The notes under the pieces: generated by a model
What the model saw: the letters and a program-made list of their open reading frames with translations, nothing else
What the model was told of the DNA's origin: nothing
Databases searched by the model: none
Source: a virus
Length of the DNA: 38,303 nucleotides
IMG/VR virus record: IMGVR_UViG_3300010285_000006
Span: 1 to 38,303 of that record
Reading direction: 5' to 3' (one strand)
Shown: positions 16,604-25,790 of the stretch, piece by piece
How the letters are laid out: each line of letters begins with the position of its first letter
How positions within the stretch are numbered: the stretch's first letter is position 1
Translations under genes and position numbers: made by a program

Positions 16604-17294
16604 TGATCATCTCTCCTTTTAATTTTAATAAATTTAATTTTGTCTTACTTTTTTGCATTAAAATATCCGAATCAATGTTCGGATTCTTTAATGTATTTCT
16701 TATTTTGTTTATTACCTCTGGCGGCAACATTCCTGAATAATCTGTACTTGCTACTAATTGTGAGTCACACTCAAACATGATTTCATCAACAAAACCTAGT
16801 TCTTTAGCTTTATCAGCTGTCATCCATGTTTCTTTATCCATTAATGCTAATAATTCTTCTTGTGCTTTTCCTGTTTTAATTCTATAAGCATTTGCTATTG
16901 TGTCATTTGCATTTCTTAGCACTTCAGCAGTATGTTCCATATCTCTATAGTCTCCACTGGCCCTAGAAGATACATTATGAATCATTATTTGAGCTGTTGG
17001 AGACATCATCACCTTATTACCTGCCATAGCTATAACACTTGCAGCACTAGCAGCTAATCCAACTATTTTTACTATTACATTCCCTTTGTAGGATTTTAAG
17101 GCTGTGTATATTTCACTTCCAGCAAATACACTCCCACCACCTGAGTTGATTTCTACTTCAATGTCTTCTCCATTAGCTTTTTCTAATGCATCATTTACCT
17201 TTTGTGGGCTTGTTGCTTCTATGCCAAACCACTCATAGATCCAAGCATCGCTATTACTTACAATAGGCCCTTTAATGTTTATTTTCTTTGCCAC
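16596..17294 (-). CDS. Prohead protease, ClpP-like (S14).
   Basis: EINSGGGSVFAG...GLAASAASVIAMAG...IMIHN. Confidence 0.85.
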   Translation of the reverse strand: MAKKINIKGPIVSNSDAWIYEWFGIEATSPQKVNDALEKANGEDIEVEINSGGGSVFAGSEIYTALKSYKGNVIVKIVGLAASAASVIAMAGNKVMMSPTAQIMIHNVSSRASGDYRDMEHTAEVLRNANDTIANAYRIKTGKAQEELLALMDKETWMTADKAKELGFVDEIMFECDSQLVASTDYSGMLPPEVINKIRNTLKNPNIDSDILMQKSKTKLNLLKLKGEMINE

Positions 17295-17305
17295 TTACTC
17301 ACCTC

Positions 17306-18460
17306 CTATTCACTTGTTGGTCTTGTGTCAAGCCTTCTAACATATTCATCTCCACCATCTCGGGGTGCATAGTTCATTATTTCTCTAACTTCATTTGCAC
17401 TAAATATGCCTAATTCTACGAATTTTGCTAAACCTAATTTGGTTTTCATACTTGCAAATGTTAGACTTGAACTTTCAAATATAATTTTATTGCCAAATCC
17501 TCTTTCCCTGCGCGTGAATAATTTTCTAGTATATTCATTAGCCATTTGTAAGGCATCAGGCTCAATCCTTGCTTCATAGTAACTTATCCACTCGTCCTCA
17601 TTGTAACTAGATTGGACTATCTTCTTATTAGTGTTAAAGAATGAATATATTCTTTCTGTTGTTCTATCTGTTTGTGCTGCGTTTGGCACATAATCTTTAG
17701 GTTCTATTTGAGTAGCTTCTGCCTTTGCATCTACACCGGCAACACCAAAAGTGTCAGATTCTATACTTAGATAAGTATCTGCAAATTGTTTTACATTCTT
17801 TTCTATATCCTCTGGCCTTAAAGATTGCTGAAATTGTAGTAACCATCTAATGACACCACTATTTTTTATAGCTTTTACCATACCTTGGTCTATTGTTCCT
17901 ACTACTTCCATTAAACTTGTTAAAGCTTCCCCTGGTGGATCTCCGAATATATCGTTATCGTTATAATCGTCTCTTAAATGAATTATGTCAGAATAAGGGA
18001 ATGTTCCTGTTTTGCCATTCCTATAATAAAATTTTAAATACAAGTTGCCCGATTTATCATATATAGCTTCTGCTGTTAAACATGGTATTGGATAAAGTTC
18101 TGTAGGATAGCCATTTTCATCTCGGATAATTAATATGAAGGCATTACTATTTAACGCCAATTGAGTTGCGACTTTTTCTTGGAGCATTTGTCCCGACATA
18201 TACGGATTTGGCTCTTCTAATAAAAATCTTATATATGGCTCTGGATTTATTTTCATCCCATCAGGGCCATTTCTTATATGCTTTGGGACTAGCTTACCTA
18301 TTGCCTTAACCCTTGGCCTTATACAGGCTCTAACAATATCACTTTTATAAAGTTTTCCATCCCAAGCATAAAAACCATTACCTCTATCAGTAATCATTTT
18401 TACTCGACTTACTTTTGTAGCATTATTAAAAGTTCTTTTTAATTTATTTATTATTCCCAA
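17306..18460 (-). CDS. Portal protein (HK97 family).
   Basis: 384 aa with a TTG start after GAGGAGGTGA. It lies between the terminase and protease genes. Confidence 0.8.
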   Translation of the reverse strand: MGIINKLKRTFNNATKVSRVKMITDRGNGFYAWDGKLYKSDIVRACIRPRVKAIGKLVPKHIRNGPDGMKINPEPYIRFLLEEPNPYMSGQMLQEKVATQLALNSNAFILIIRDENGYPTELYPIPCLTAEAIYDKSGNLYLKFYYRNGKTGTFPYSDIIHLRDDYNDNDIFGDPPGEALTSLMEVVGTIDQGMVKAIKNSGVIRWLLQFQQSLRPEDIEKNVKQFADTYLSIESDTFGVAGVDAKAEATQIEPKDYVPNAAQTDRTTERIYSFFNTNKKIVQSSYNEDEWISYYEARIEPDALQMANEYTRKLFTRRERGFGNKIIFESSSLTFASMKTKLGLAKFVELGIFSANEVREIMNYAPRDGGDEYVRRLDTRPTSE

Positions 18461-18473
18461 GTACTCACCTCCT

Positions 18474-20264
18474 CTAAATCATGTTGATATAATCCTCGTA
18501 GTGATTTTCATAAACAATAAAAGCATCTAATAAAGATGCTACACCGTCAATTCTACGTCTTGGATTGCTTGTTTTAACTAGCATAATATTGTCATTGCTA
18601 TCGGTTTTTATAGCTGCATTACTCAAATTCCATTTTAAAATCGGATTGTTGTTGTAATTTATTTTTTTTGCACCTAAATCAGCTTCAAATCTTTTCATAG
18701 GACTAGAAAATGTCTTTGCACCTTGTATTACCGCTTCGGTTACTGCATTACCAAAATTCTGTTTTAATTCATCTACAAAATATGTTGAACTCCAACTGTC
18801 ATAGCCTATTTTGTAAATGTATATATCCATTTCATTTTGGACTTCTAATAGCCATTGAGTTACATCTTTGTAATTAACCTTGTTGCCTTCACTAACTCTT
18901 AACAACCCTTGATCTAACCAAGCATCATAAGGAATTTTGTCTTCCTTAGTTCTTTTGTCAAGTAAATCTCCAGGGAGCCAATACATCTGTTTAACATATA
19001 ATATTTCATCATCAGGAATTCTAAATAAAATTGTAGCGCATGTTAAGTCGGTTGTTGCTCCTAAATCTATACCTGCTATGCAATATCTGGGTTTTAACTT
19101 TTGTATATCAAACGTTGCTGTATTGTTTAACACTTCAAATGGTAGCCATGCTTCGGAACTTGTTTCTCTAATATTAAATTCCTTACAAACAAAATTCTTT
19201 TCTAACTTTGGGTTTTCTGCTACCCTTTTAGCTTTATCCTGTAAAGCTCTTAATTTTTTTATAGTGCCTAGACCTGGGTTAGCTTTAACCCAATTATTTG
19301 CATCTCTCCATTCTTCTTTTTTGTCTAGCTCATAAATAAAAAACAAGGTTCTATCATCAACCTCGTTTCCTAATTTCATATTATTAAATTGTATCTCTGC
19401 CTCTTCGTATATTTCATCAAATATATCTTCTCTAATTGTTCCTGCTGTTGAAGTCATTATAATCAAAGGTTGTTCCCTGGCTGTGATACCATCGGCCATG
19501 ATATCGTATAAAGCCCTGCCATTCTTCCACTGGTGCCACTCATCCATAATTACTACATGGATATTTAATCCATCTAAACTGTCTGCATCTGAAGCCAAAG
19601 CCTTAAATATACCATCATTGAATTCTGAAATAATATCATAGGATAATGTTTTAACCCTCTTCCTTAATACTGGGGATTTCTTAACCATCCTTTTGGCTTC
19701 TTGCCATACTATCTTGGCCTGATCCTTTTTGGTGGCTACACAATAGCATTCTGGGCCACCTTCACCATCAGCAACTAAGGCATACAGCCCCATAACAGAA
19801 TCCAGTAAAGACTTCCCATTCTTTTTACCAACTATCAAGACAACTCTTTGATGTTTTCTATTACCTTCTATATCTATAAACCCATATACACTTGCTAAAT
19901 ATGCTTTTTCCCAAAGCTCTAATACTACCTTTTTGCCTGCCATTTTGCCCTTAGAGTGGCAACAAAAGTTTTCTGCAAACTCTATTATATGGTTCGCTCT
20001 TTCGGGAGAATAGTACCACTCTTTATAACCATCTTCTCTAATCCATCTTACTATTTCCTCATACTGTTGATAAACTTTTTTAGGTACTAATGTTTTACCA
20101 GTTTGTATTTGCTCCCAATATTCTAGTATAGGGTTATAATCTTTGGGATATCTTCTTAATCCTTTTTTAGTTATAGTTGGTTTTGTTTTTCCAAATACAA
20201 TATCAGGATTATTTCTAGGATATTTAGTCGGTTCTAGAATTAATGAAGTCTTCAAAGCCGTCAT
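18474..20264 (-). CDS. terL: Terminase large subunit.
   Basis: 596 aa. Walker A VGKKNGKS, Walker B-like IHVVIMDEWH, and a C-terminal nuclease region. Confidence 0.9.
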   Translation of the reverse strand: MTALKTSLILEPTKYPRNNPDIVFGKTKPTITKKGLRRYPKDYNPILEYWEQIQTGKTLVPKKVYQQYEEIVRWIREDGYKEWYYSPERANHIIEFAENFCCHSKGKMAGKKVVLELWEKAYLASVYGFIDIEGNRKHQRVVLIVGKKNGKSLLDSVMGLYALVADGEGGPECYCVATKKDQAKIVWQEAKRMVKKSPVLRKRVKTLSYDIISEFNDGIFKALASDADSLDGLNIHVVIMDEWHQWKNGRALYDIMADGITAREQPLIIMTSTAGTIREDIFDEIYEEAEIQFNNMKLGNEVDDRTLFFIYELDKKEEWRDANNWVKANPGLGTIKKLRALQDKAKRVAENPKLEKNFVCKEFNIRETSSEAWLPFEVLNNTATFDIQKLKPRYCIAGIDLGATTDLTCATILFRIPDDEILYVKQMYWLPGDLLDKRTKEDKIPYDAWLDQGLLRVSEGNKVNYKDVTQWLLEVQNEMDIYIYKIGYDSWSSTYFVDELKQNFGNAVTEAVIQGAKTFSSPMKRFEADLGAKKINYNNNPILKWNLSNAAIKTDSNDNIMLVKTSNPRRRIDGVASLLDAFIVYENHYEDYINMI

Positions 20265-20604
20265 CTTCCAGCACCACCTCTACATCTTTAGGTAGCAGGT
20301 CAGTCAACTGCTTCATTATTGCCATATGATTCTTTATCATAGTGTTATATATTTCTACTTCAGGTGATTTTTTAGTCCCCCATTGATTGGCTCCATTCTG
20401 ATATTCTGATATTACACCTTCTCTATTTATAGTTGCTTGCAAGTCTTCTAGTGTTATAGCCATAAAGGCAGCATTTTCAATTAATGATTTAACTGCTTTT
20501 TTACTATCAGGATCCAATTCTTTGTATATTTTATTAAGTCGTCTTATTTCCTTTTTAACTCGCTCATCTTTAGTTAAATCTTTCTTAGTCTTTTTATTTC
20601 CCAC
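20224..20604 (-). CDS. terS: Terminase small subunit (P27 family-like).
   Basis: 126 aa, ...ENAAFMAITLEDLQATINREGV...GTKKSPEVEIYN. It overlaps terL. Confidence 0.7.
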   Translation of the reverse strand: MGNKKTKKDLTKDERVKKEIRRLNKIYKELDPDSKKAVKSLIENAAFMAITLEDLQATINREGVISEYQNGANQWGTKKSPEVEIYNTMIKNHMAIMKQLTDLLPKDVEVVLEDDGFEDFINSRTD

Positions 20605-20711
20605 TAAAAATCATCTTCTTTCTATTGTAATTTACACCACACCCCCTTAAGAGAAGTCCTTGCATGTTGCATGGAGGTGGGCACGTGGTATTCTTACAGC
20701 CTTTTCCTGTT

Positions 20712-20930
20712 TTATTTATAGGGGGGCTTTGACAGTACTTCTATCTTTGGATTGTTAGATAAAACAATAACTTCTATGTTATTAAGTCCTTGTTTCCTGA
20801 ATATATTACTCCACGTATCTTTAATTTTTTGCTTGTCTTTTTCTGATAATAGGTATTCACATCTTAATATAACGATATCATTGTCTTTAATATTGAATAC
20901 TTCTATATATTTAACGACATTGTTTTTCAA
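20712..20930 (-). CDS. Hypothetical protein.
   Basis: 72-aa ORF between the HNH and terS genes. Confidence 0.4.
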   Translation of the reverse strand: MKNNVVKYIEVFNIKDNDIVILRCEYLLSEKDKQKIKDTWSNIFRKQGLNNIEVIVLSNNPKIEVLSKPPYK

Positions 20931-21213
20931 CTAAATCGCCCTCCTTATTAAACATAACATCTTCTCTTAATGGACTATATTTTTCATTGTGCTCCTTACT
21001 ATGACAAGCAGCACATAACAGCTCTAGGTTATCCCAATTCAATGTTACATGAGGATCATTGATGTTTTCTGGAGATAAATATATCTTATGATGTACCTCA
21101 TCTCCAGGCTGTCCACATCTTTCGCATAATCCAAATTTAGATTGCTTATATGCTTCTCTACACTTCTTCCATGGCTTACTGTTATAAAACTTCTTTGCAA
21201 ATTCTCTGGCCAT
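20911..21213 (-). CDS. HNH endonuclease (terminase-associated).
   Basis: CERCGQPGDEVHHKIY...LELLCAACHSKEHN. Confidence 0.85.
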   Translation of the reverse strand: MAREFAKKFYNSKPWKKCREAYKQSKFGLCERCGQPGDEVHHKIYLSPENINDPHVTLNWDNLELLCAACHSKEHNEKYSPLREDVMFNKEGDLVEKQCR

Positions 21214-21235
21214 TCAATCAACCCCAATAAAAAAG

Positions 21236-21265
21236 CACCTACCTAAGTAAGTGCTCATTTATTTA
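21236..21265 (-). terminator. Rho-independent terminator after the second moron, 22 nt upstream of the HNH start.
   Basis: Minus strand AGCACTTACTTAGGTAGGTGCTTTTTTATT. Near-identical to the terminator at 11895..11923. Confidence 0.65.
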
Positions 21266-21285
21266 TAATACTATTCACCTTTATA

Positions 21286-22018
21286 TTATTCGCTCAATTT
21301 AAACCAAACTCCACCAGTACCATCATAAGACTGGCCAAAACCTAGTTTAGGTGTTAAATCATTAACCTTTACTTTATATGCTACCCATCCTTCTGTTTCC
21401 GCCCCAGTATATAAACTTGGTGCTTAGGCTTGGTTTAGGAGCAATTATAATAGAGTATTGATATTCTTCGCCTGAACCTGTGAAAACCTTAAAAATCGTA
21501 GAATTAATATCTACTTTCTTACCATCTTTAACCTCTATCGCTTTTACCTTTATCTTAGCAATTAAATATTCATATCCACTTTCAGGTTCATCATAGAATA
21601 TCCCACTAGCTGCCTTTATAAGCTCTCTTGCTTTGGCTCCTCTGATAACCTCTTTAACTGTAATATCTAGTGTACTTTGTGCCATGAAGTTATCATAGAA
21701 TACTGTCTGACTTTTTCCTATTGGTGCCGGATTAGTAAAATTGTATCCAGTAGTAATCTTTTTATCGTTTATTGAAGCTGTATTTATTTTCTCATCCCAC
21801 TGTCCTTCTTTACCTAACATTTCAGATAATACACCAACCGGAACATATGCGGTACCATTATATATCAGGCTATCTATATTTGTCTTTTGGTCATTAATTA
21901 CAATGTCAATCTTCTTCATGATTGCTTGAACATTTTGCTGATTAGTAGCTGATGCAATGCTAATAATAAGTACTACACATAGAGTAATGGCTATAAAAAG
22001 TTTGATTCTACTCTTCAT
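21286..22018 (-). pseudogene. Secreted protein gene (copper-amine-oxidase-N-like stalk plus DUF4352-like beta domain), interrupted by a 1-nt frameshift.
   Basis: ATG at 22018 follows AGGAGGGG. Signal peptide MKSRIKLFIAITLCVVLIISIASA. NGTAYVPVGVLSEMLG motif. Frame A stops at 21374. The adjacent frame continues as ...SLYTGAETEGWVAYKVKVNDLTPKLGFGQSYDGTGGVWFKLSE to 21286. The shift lies within 21377..21423. Confidence 0.6.
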
Positions 22019-22189
22019 GGAAACCCCTCCTATGTTTAATATTAATGTAAATATTCTCCATAGGAAGATGATTCCCTTCTTGATAATTATGATAATTAAA
22101 AAGCAATAGCAGCCGGGAGACCTCATCAACCCAAGCTGCTTAAACCTATACTTATTATCATAATACCATGAAAAACATATAAAAAAATC

Positions 22190-22612
22190 TTAGACTTTTA
22201 ATAATCCTTCCTGAGCTGCATATATTGCTGCTGATAATATAATCTCTGTCCTCCAATTGAAGTATGTGGCTCTTTCTATATGGAGCTCCCTGCATATATG
22301 GACCTCTCCAAGCTCATCAAAATATTTCTTTTGCAGTAACTTTCCTTTGCCAGTACCTTTGTATTTCTCTATAACCCTCTCTACTACCTTTACCCATTTC
22401 TCTTCTTCTACTATGTTATCTTTGCAGAGTTTAATTGCTTTTGAAGCAGTTGGATCTGAGTGATAACTAATACCGCCTCCCCATTCTCCTATAGATGATC
22501 TTGATTCTTCTATTATGTCTTCTTTTCTATCATGCAACTCTCTCTTTATAGCATAATAATTATAAAAATAAAATTCTATTTTCTTATATGTCTTTCTATC
22601 TATAATACCCAT
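22190..22612 (-). CDS. Late-gene transcriptional activator (RinA/ArpU, sigma-70 region-4-like).
   Basis: About 140 aa. YKKIEFYFYNYYAIKREL...ELHIERATYFNWR. It lies upstream of the packaging module. Confidence 0.6.
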   Translation of the reverse strand: MGIIDRKTYKKIEFYFYNYYAIKRELHDRKEDIIEESRSSIGEWGGGISYHSDPTASKAIKLCKDNIVEEEKWVKVVERVIEKYKGTGKGKLLQKKYFDELGEVHICRELHIERATYFNWRTEIILSAAIYAAQEGLLKV

Positions 22613-22766
22613 GGCTCCCACCTCACTTGCATATATTCCCTGAATAACTTATAATGATAATAGAACACTTGTTTGGGCGGGAGCCCTCTTTTTTATTCTT
22701 TTGCTATTCTTTCTCAAACTCTCTTTCCCGTTGACAAAATAGTAGGTTTTTCTCCTTTCCGTTGCT

Positions 22767-22798
22767 TTTATTCTATTGCGTATAGTCGTTGTTATGTG
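22767..22798 (-). repeat. Degenerate sixth copy of the 31-nt upstream element.
   Basis: ttttattctattgcgtatagtcgttgttatgtg compared with the consensus ttttcactctatacaatatcgttgtaatgtg. The cgttgt(t/a)atgtg half is conserved. Confidence 0.45.
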
Positions 22799-22801
22799 TA
22801 T

Positions 22802-23050
22802 TTAATATTCTATGGCGAACCCTAATATCACATATCCTTCTTTGCAATATTCAGGATTATCCAGTATATATCCTATTTTTCTTCGTTGATTTCTCCCTGT
22901 GTATTTTTTACCATCCCATTCTTTTAACTCAAGGGAATCTCCTACTTGAAAATCTCTATCATTTTTTCTTACTTCAAAATTTTTAATATCTTTTCTTACT
23001 AAATCAAAATATTCAGGTAATATTTTTAATTCATGTAATTTTCTAGCCAT
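22802..23050 (-). CDS. DUF3850/ASCH-like (PUA-fold) protein.
   Basis: HELKILPEYFDLVRKDIKNFEVRKNDRDFQVGD. Confidence 0.6.
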   Translation of the reverse strand: MARKLHELKILPEYFDLVRKDIKNFEVRKNDRDFQVGDSLELKEWDGKKYTGRNQRRKIGYILDNPEYCKEGYVILGFAIEY

Positions 23051-23079
23051 TTCAATCCTCCTAAATTTGTAATGTTCAA

Positions 23080-23253
23080 CTATTCATTCTGGCAATCTTC
23101 GCATATATTAATCCATTCTCCATTTTCTTTCTTCTTTTCCCAACCCATGTCTTTAGCATAATCTAACGCATCTTCAAATGTATCAAAATTGGAATGATAC
23201 CTTCCGCAGCAATCGCACTCTAAAGTATATTTTCCATATTCTTTACTTATCAT
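23080..23253 (-). CDS. Small Cys-containing hypothetical protein (57 aa, not in the ORF track).
   Basis: Hand translation: MISKEYGKYTLECDCCGRYHSNFDTFEDALDYAKDMGWEKKKENGEWINICEDCQNE. RBS GGAGGG. Confidence 0.5.
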   Translation of the reverse strand: MISKEYGKYTLECDCCGRYHSNFDTFEDALDYAKDMGWEKKKENGEWINICEDCQNE

Positions 23254-23288
23254 CTCCAGCCCTCCTATTACACATAATTTTCATCATT

Positions 23289-23693
23289 TCATTGATTAGC
23301 CTTAAAAAATGCTTCTGCAAATTTCGCCGGCGTTATTGCTCTTAAATTCAATTTCCCTTTTAATTGGCACGCCCAAATAATCTTTAAACATGCATTGACT
23401 ATTTCCATACCTGCCTCTAAATTTCTCGGTTTAGGTGAGCCGTTTTTTGCTAGGCTAAATTCTGTACATGGTGGTGCTGACAGAATTCCGTATACTTCTT
23501 CATAAAATACAATTAATGTATCTACATAAGGCACATCCTGCCTTATAAATTCCATTGAATAGTCATCAAATCTAACTTTTGTTACATCGAATTGAGGGAG
23601 AGTTATCAATTTTACATCATATCCAGCGTCTTTATACGGCTTGCTCCATGCTCCGGTACCTCCACATAAGTCTAAAATAACTTTACTTTTCAT
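23289..23693 (-). CDS. Truncated C5-cytosine methyltransferase-like protein. Motifs I, IV and X are present, with no motif VI-IX or target-recognition domain.
   Basis: LDLCGGTGAWS (motif I), SAPPCTEFS (PC motif IV), and a C-terminal AITPAKFAEAFF (motif X-like), in only 134 aa. Confidence 0.55.
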   Translation of the reverse strand: MKSKVILDLCGGTGAWSKPYKDAGYDVKLITLPQFDVTKVRFDDYSMEFIRQDVPYVDTLIVFYEEVYGILSAPPCTEFSLAKNGSPKPRNLEAGMEIVNACLKIIWACQLKGKLNLRAITPAKFAEAFFKANQ

Positions 23694-23718
23694 ATCCCTT
23701 CCCCCCTACGTCGCATTA

Positions 23719-23749
23719 TTTTCACTCTATACAATATCGTTGTAATGTG
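23719..23749 (-). repeat. 31-nt upstream element, copy A. Promoter-like, 25 nt before the 23693 start.
   Basis: ttttcactctatacaatatcgttgtaatgtg. Confidence 0.85.
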
Positions 23750-23751
23750 AC

Positions 23752-24036
23752 TTAATCTTTATTGAAATTAAAAGCATCATCTTGTCTTGATTGCATAATG
23801 CCATTTCTATATCTATCTTTACCTTCTGTCCATTCTTCTTTAACTCTGGCAGTAGCTCCACATTTAATACATTCGTATTCGGCATTATATATATGCTCTT
23901 CTTCCGATTTATTTAGAATACGAATTCTTACCCCTGTGCAATAGTGGCATCCTTCTACTAACAAACCTTCCTTAAAGTTTAAGAGTATATACCAACATAT
24001 TTTTAATTTAATCCATAGAGTTGCTTGTTTTTTCAT
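23752..24036 (-). CDS. Hypothetical protein with a CxxC...CxxC Zn-ribbon-like motif.
   Basis: 94 aa, CHYCTG...CIKCG. Confidence 0.5.
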   Translation of the reverse strand: MKKQATLWIKLKICWYILLNFKEGLLVEGCHYCTGVRIRILNKSEEEHIYNAEYECIKCGATARVKEEWTEGKDRYRNGIMQSRQDDAFNFNKD

Positions 24037-24046
24037 ATTTCCACCC

Positions 24047-24079
24047 TTTTTTCTTAATTTTTTCTTAATTTTTTCTTAA
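24047..24079 (-). repeat. Three tandem 11-nt units (ttttttcttaa) in the 5' leader of 23752..24036.
   Basis: Direct reading shows phased A6 tracts at an 11-bp period. Confidence 0.9.
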
Positions 24080-24088
24080 TTCACAATA

Positions 24089-24119
24089 TTTTCACTCTAT
24101 ACAATATCGTTGGAATGTG
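24089..24119 (-). repeat. 31-nt upstream element, copy B.
   Basis: ttttcactctatacaatatcgttggaatgtg. Confidence 0.85.
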
Positions 24120-24122
24120 TAA

Positions 24123-24248
24123 CTATATAGGGCATTTATCGTATCCAAAAATACATTGCTTTTTATTACATTCTTCTTCGCAATATTCAATCATTTCATC
24201 TATTGCTTCATCAAACTTTATAAAGTCAGGCTTATTTTCTTCTTTCAT
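24123..24248 (-). CDS. Small Cys-rich hypothetical protein (41 aa, not in the ORF track).
   Basis: Hand translation: MKEENKPDFIKFDEAIDEMIEYCEEECNKKQCIFGYDKCPI. RBS GAGGTGA. Confidence 0.45.
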   Translation of the reverse strand: MKEENKPDFIKFDEAIDEMIEYCEEECNKKQCIFGYDKCPI

Positions 24249-24274
24249 TATTTCACCTCACTTAGTACACAATA

Positions 24275-24305
24275 TTTTCACTCTATACAATATTGTTGAT
24301 CTGTA
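24275..24305 (-). repeat. 31-nt upstream element, copy C.
   Basis: ttttcactctatacaatattgttgatctgta. Confidence 0.8.
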
Positions 24306-24359
24306 TATTTTTAGATGCTTGTAAATTTTCCCCTTATTACAATATTATTGTACTACTTC

Positions 24360-25256
24360 TTACTTCAACTCAAAACAATTCCCGGTTCTAATACTTTGAG
24401 CAATTAACCTCACAAGTTCATTAATTACGTTGTATTGGCATTTTTTATCCTTGCAGAATGATTCAACTTTACCTTTGTCATATGAAATATTCACATCATC
24501 AAGAAATTTTGTAACCATCATTGTCATTTCTGACTCCGAGAATCTTTTAACTTCGTGCCTAATAGTAAATCTCCTAAGAAGTGCATCATCAATCATATCA
24601 ATACGGTTTGTTGCTCCGATTATAATAGTGTCATTTCTCACACAGTCCAAAGCTTGCATAAGTGATATTACAATCCTTGCCATTTCTCCTACATCTTCAG
24701 TTCCACGCTTCATTCCTATTGCATCGACTTCATCTACCATAAACACGCATTTATGCTTTTCTATAAAGGAAAATGCTTTTGCTATGTTCTTGGCTGTACT
24801 GCCGAGGTAGCTACTTATTGCATTGGCAAAATTCATATATACAAATGGTAAGCCAAGTTTATATGCTATATATCTGCCAAATAGTGTTTTACCTGTACCA
24901 CTTTCTCCATGCAATAAGAGAGAATTAAGGTATTGTATGCCCATTTCGGATAGCTTTAAGCTGGTTTGATACATTCCAACAACCTCATCAAAGACAGCTT
25001 TTTCCCTCTCTGATAGGTAATATCTGTTTTCGTTAAAAGATACTGAAACATCTTCCATGTGAAGAATATCTCTGACATCATGAGGCAATTCCAAAAGATT
25101 CATAGAAGAGGCCTGAAGCTTACGCCTTATGCTTTCACAAAAGCTTTTATTGGCTTTCGTCTTGTCATCATCAATTATTAGTTTTACATACTGTTTGGCT
25201 TTTTGGAGGTCATTGTCTGCTACAGCACTTATAATACCTTTCAGTTTATCGTTCAT
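24360..25256 (-). CDS. Classical-clade AAA+ ATPase.
   Basis: Walker A HGESGTGKT, Walker B VFMVDEVD, second region of homology IIGATNRIDMIDDALLRRF. Confidence 0.8.
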   Translation of the reverse strand: MNDKLKGIISAVADNDLQKAKQYVKLIIDDDKTKANKSFCESIRRKLQASSMNLLELPHDVRDILHMEDVSVSFNENRYYLSEREKAVFDEVVGMYQTSLKLSEMGIQYLNSLLLHGESGTGKTLFGRYIAYKLGLPFVYMNFANAISSYLGSTAKNIAKAFSFIEKHKCVFMVDEVDAIGMKRGTEDVGEMARIVISLMQALDCVRNDTIIIGATNRIDMIDDALLRRFTIRHEVKRFSESEMTMMVTKFLDDVNISYDKGKVESFCKDKKCQYNVINELVRLIAQSIRTGNCFELK

Positions 25257-25286
25257 ATTTTCAACTCCTTATCTTTGGAATGTGAA

Positions 25287-25751
25287 TTAACTATCAAGTT
25301 CTTTTTGAAATTCTTTCACTTCCTGATAAGTGATTTCATCTAAATATTTGCCATGTGGCTTGTAATGTTGGCAATTATTATGATGAATACCATCCGCCAT
25401 AATCGCTAAATTAAAGCTTGTATGACAACAATCCATGATATGTTTTATTTCTTGTTGCTCTTTCTGGTTTTCCGCAAGATTACTACAGAAAGCATCTTTT
25501 TCCTCCTTTGCAATTTCTATATTCTTCAGGTGTTCAATATAGTCGTTATCATTGTTTTTATTAAAAACGCATTTATTGCAATCACTATCATACTCTCCAT
25601 ACCATTTTATTGTCATTGTACTATCGGTATGTTTTTCAAGAGACTTTCTTAGCTTATCGAGGAAGTGATTTATAATAACCTTGATTTTTCCTCCTGCTAA
25701 TTCAGCCCAAGTCCTATTATTTTCAATGTTAATTTCTATTAATAACTTCAT
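25287..25751 (-). CDS. Hypothetical Cys/His-rich protein.
   Basis: ATG at 25751 follows GGAGGA. No family recognised. Confidence 0.5.
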   Translation of the reverse strand: MKLLIEINIENNRTWAELAGGKIKVIINHFLDKLRKSLEKHTDSTMTIKWYGEYDSDCNKCVFNKNNDNDYIEHLKNIEIAKEEKDAFCSNLAENQKEQQEIKHIMDCCHTSFNLAIMADGIHHNNCQHYKPHGKYLDEITYQEVKEFQKELDS

Positions 25752-25790
25752 AACAAATTCCTCCATTTCTTATGCGTTCACTCGACGCAT

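Noticed and set aside
20630-20700. A G+C-rich patch checked as a possible tRNA or small RNA gene.
   Set aside because: No cloverleaf with acceptor, D, anticodon and T arms could be drawn. It is more consistent with a packaging (cos) region.
22640-22700. gggcgggagccctctttttt as a possible terminator between the DUF3850 and late-activator genes.
   Set aside because: The stem is only about 4 bp and the T-run is on the plus strand, opposite to transcription. The evidence is insufficient.
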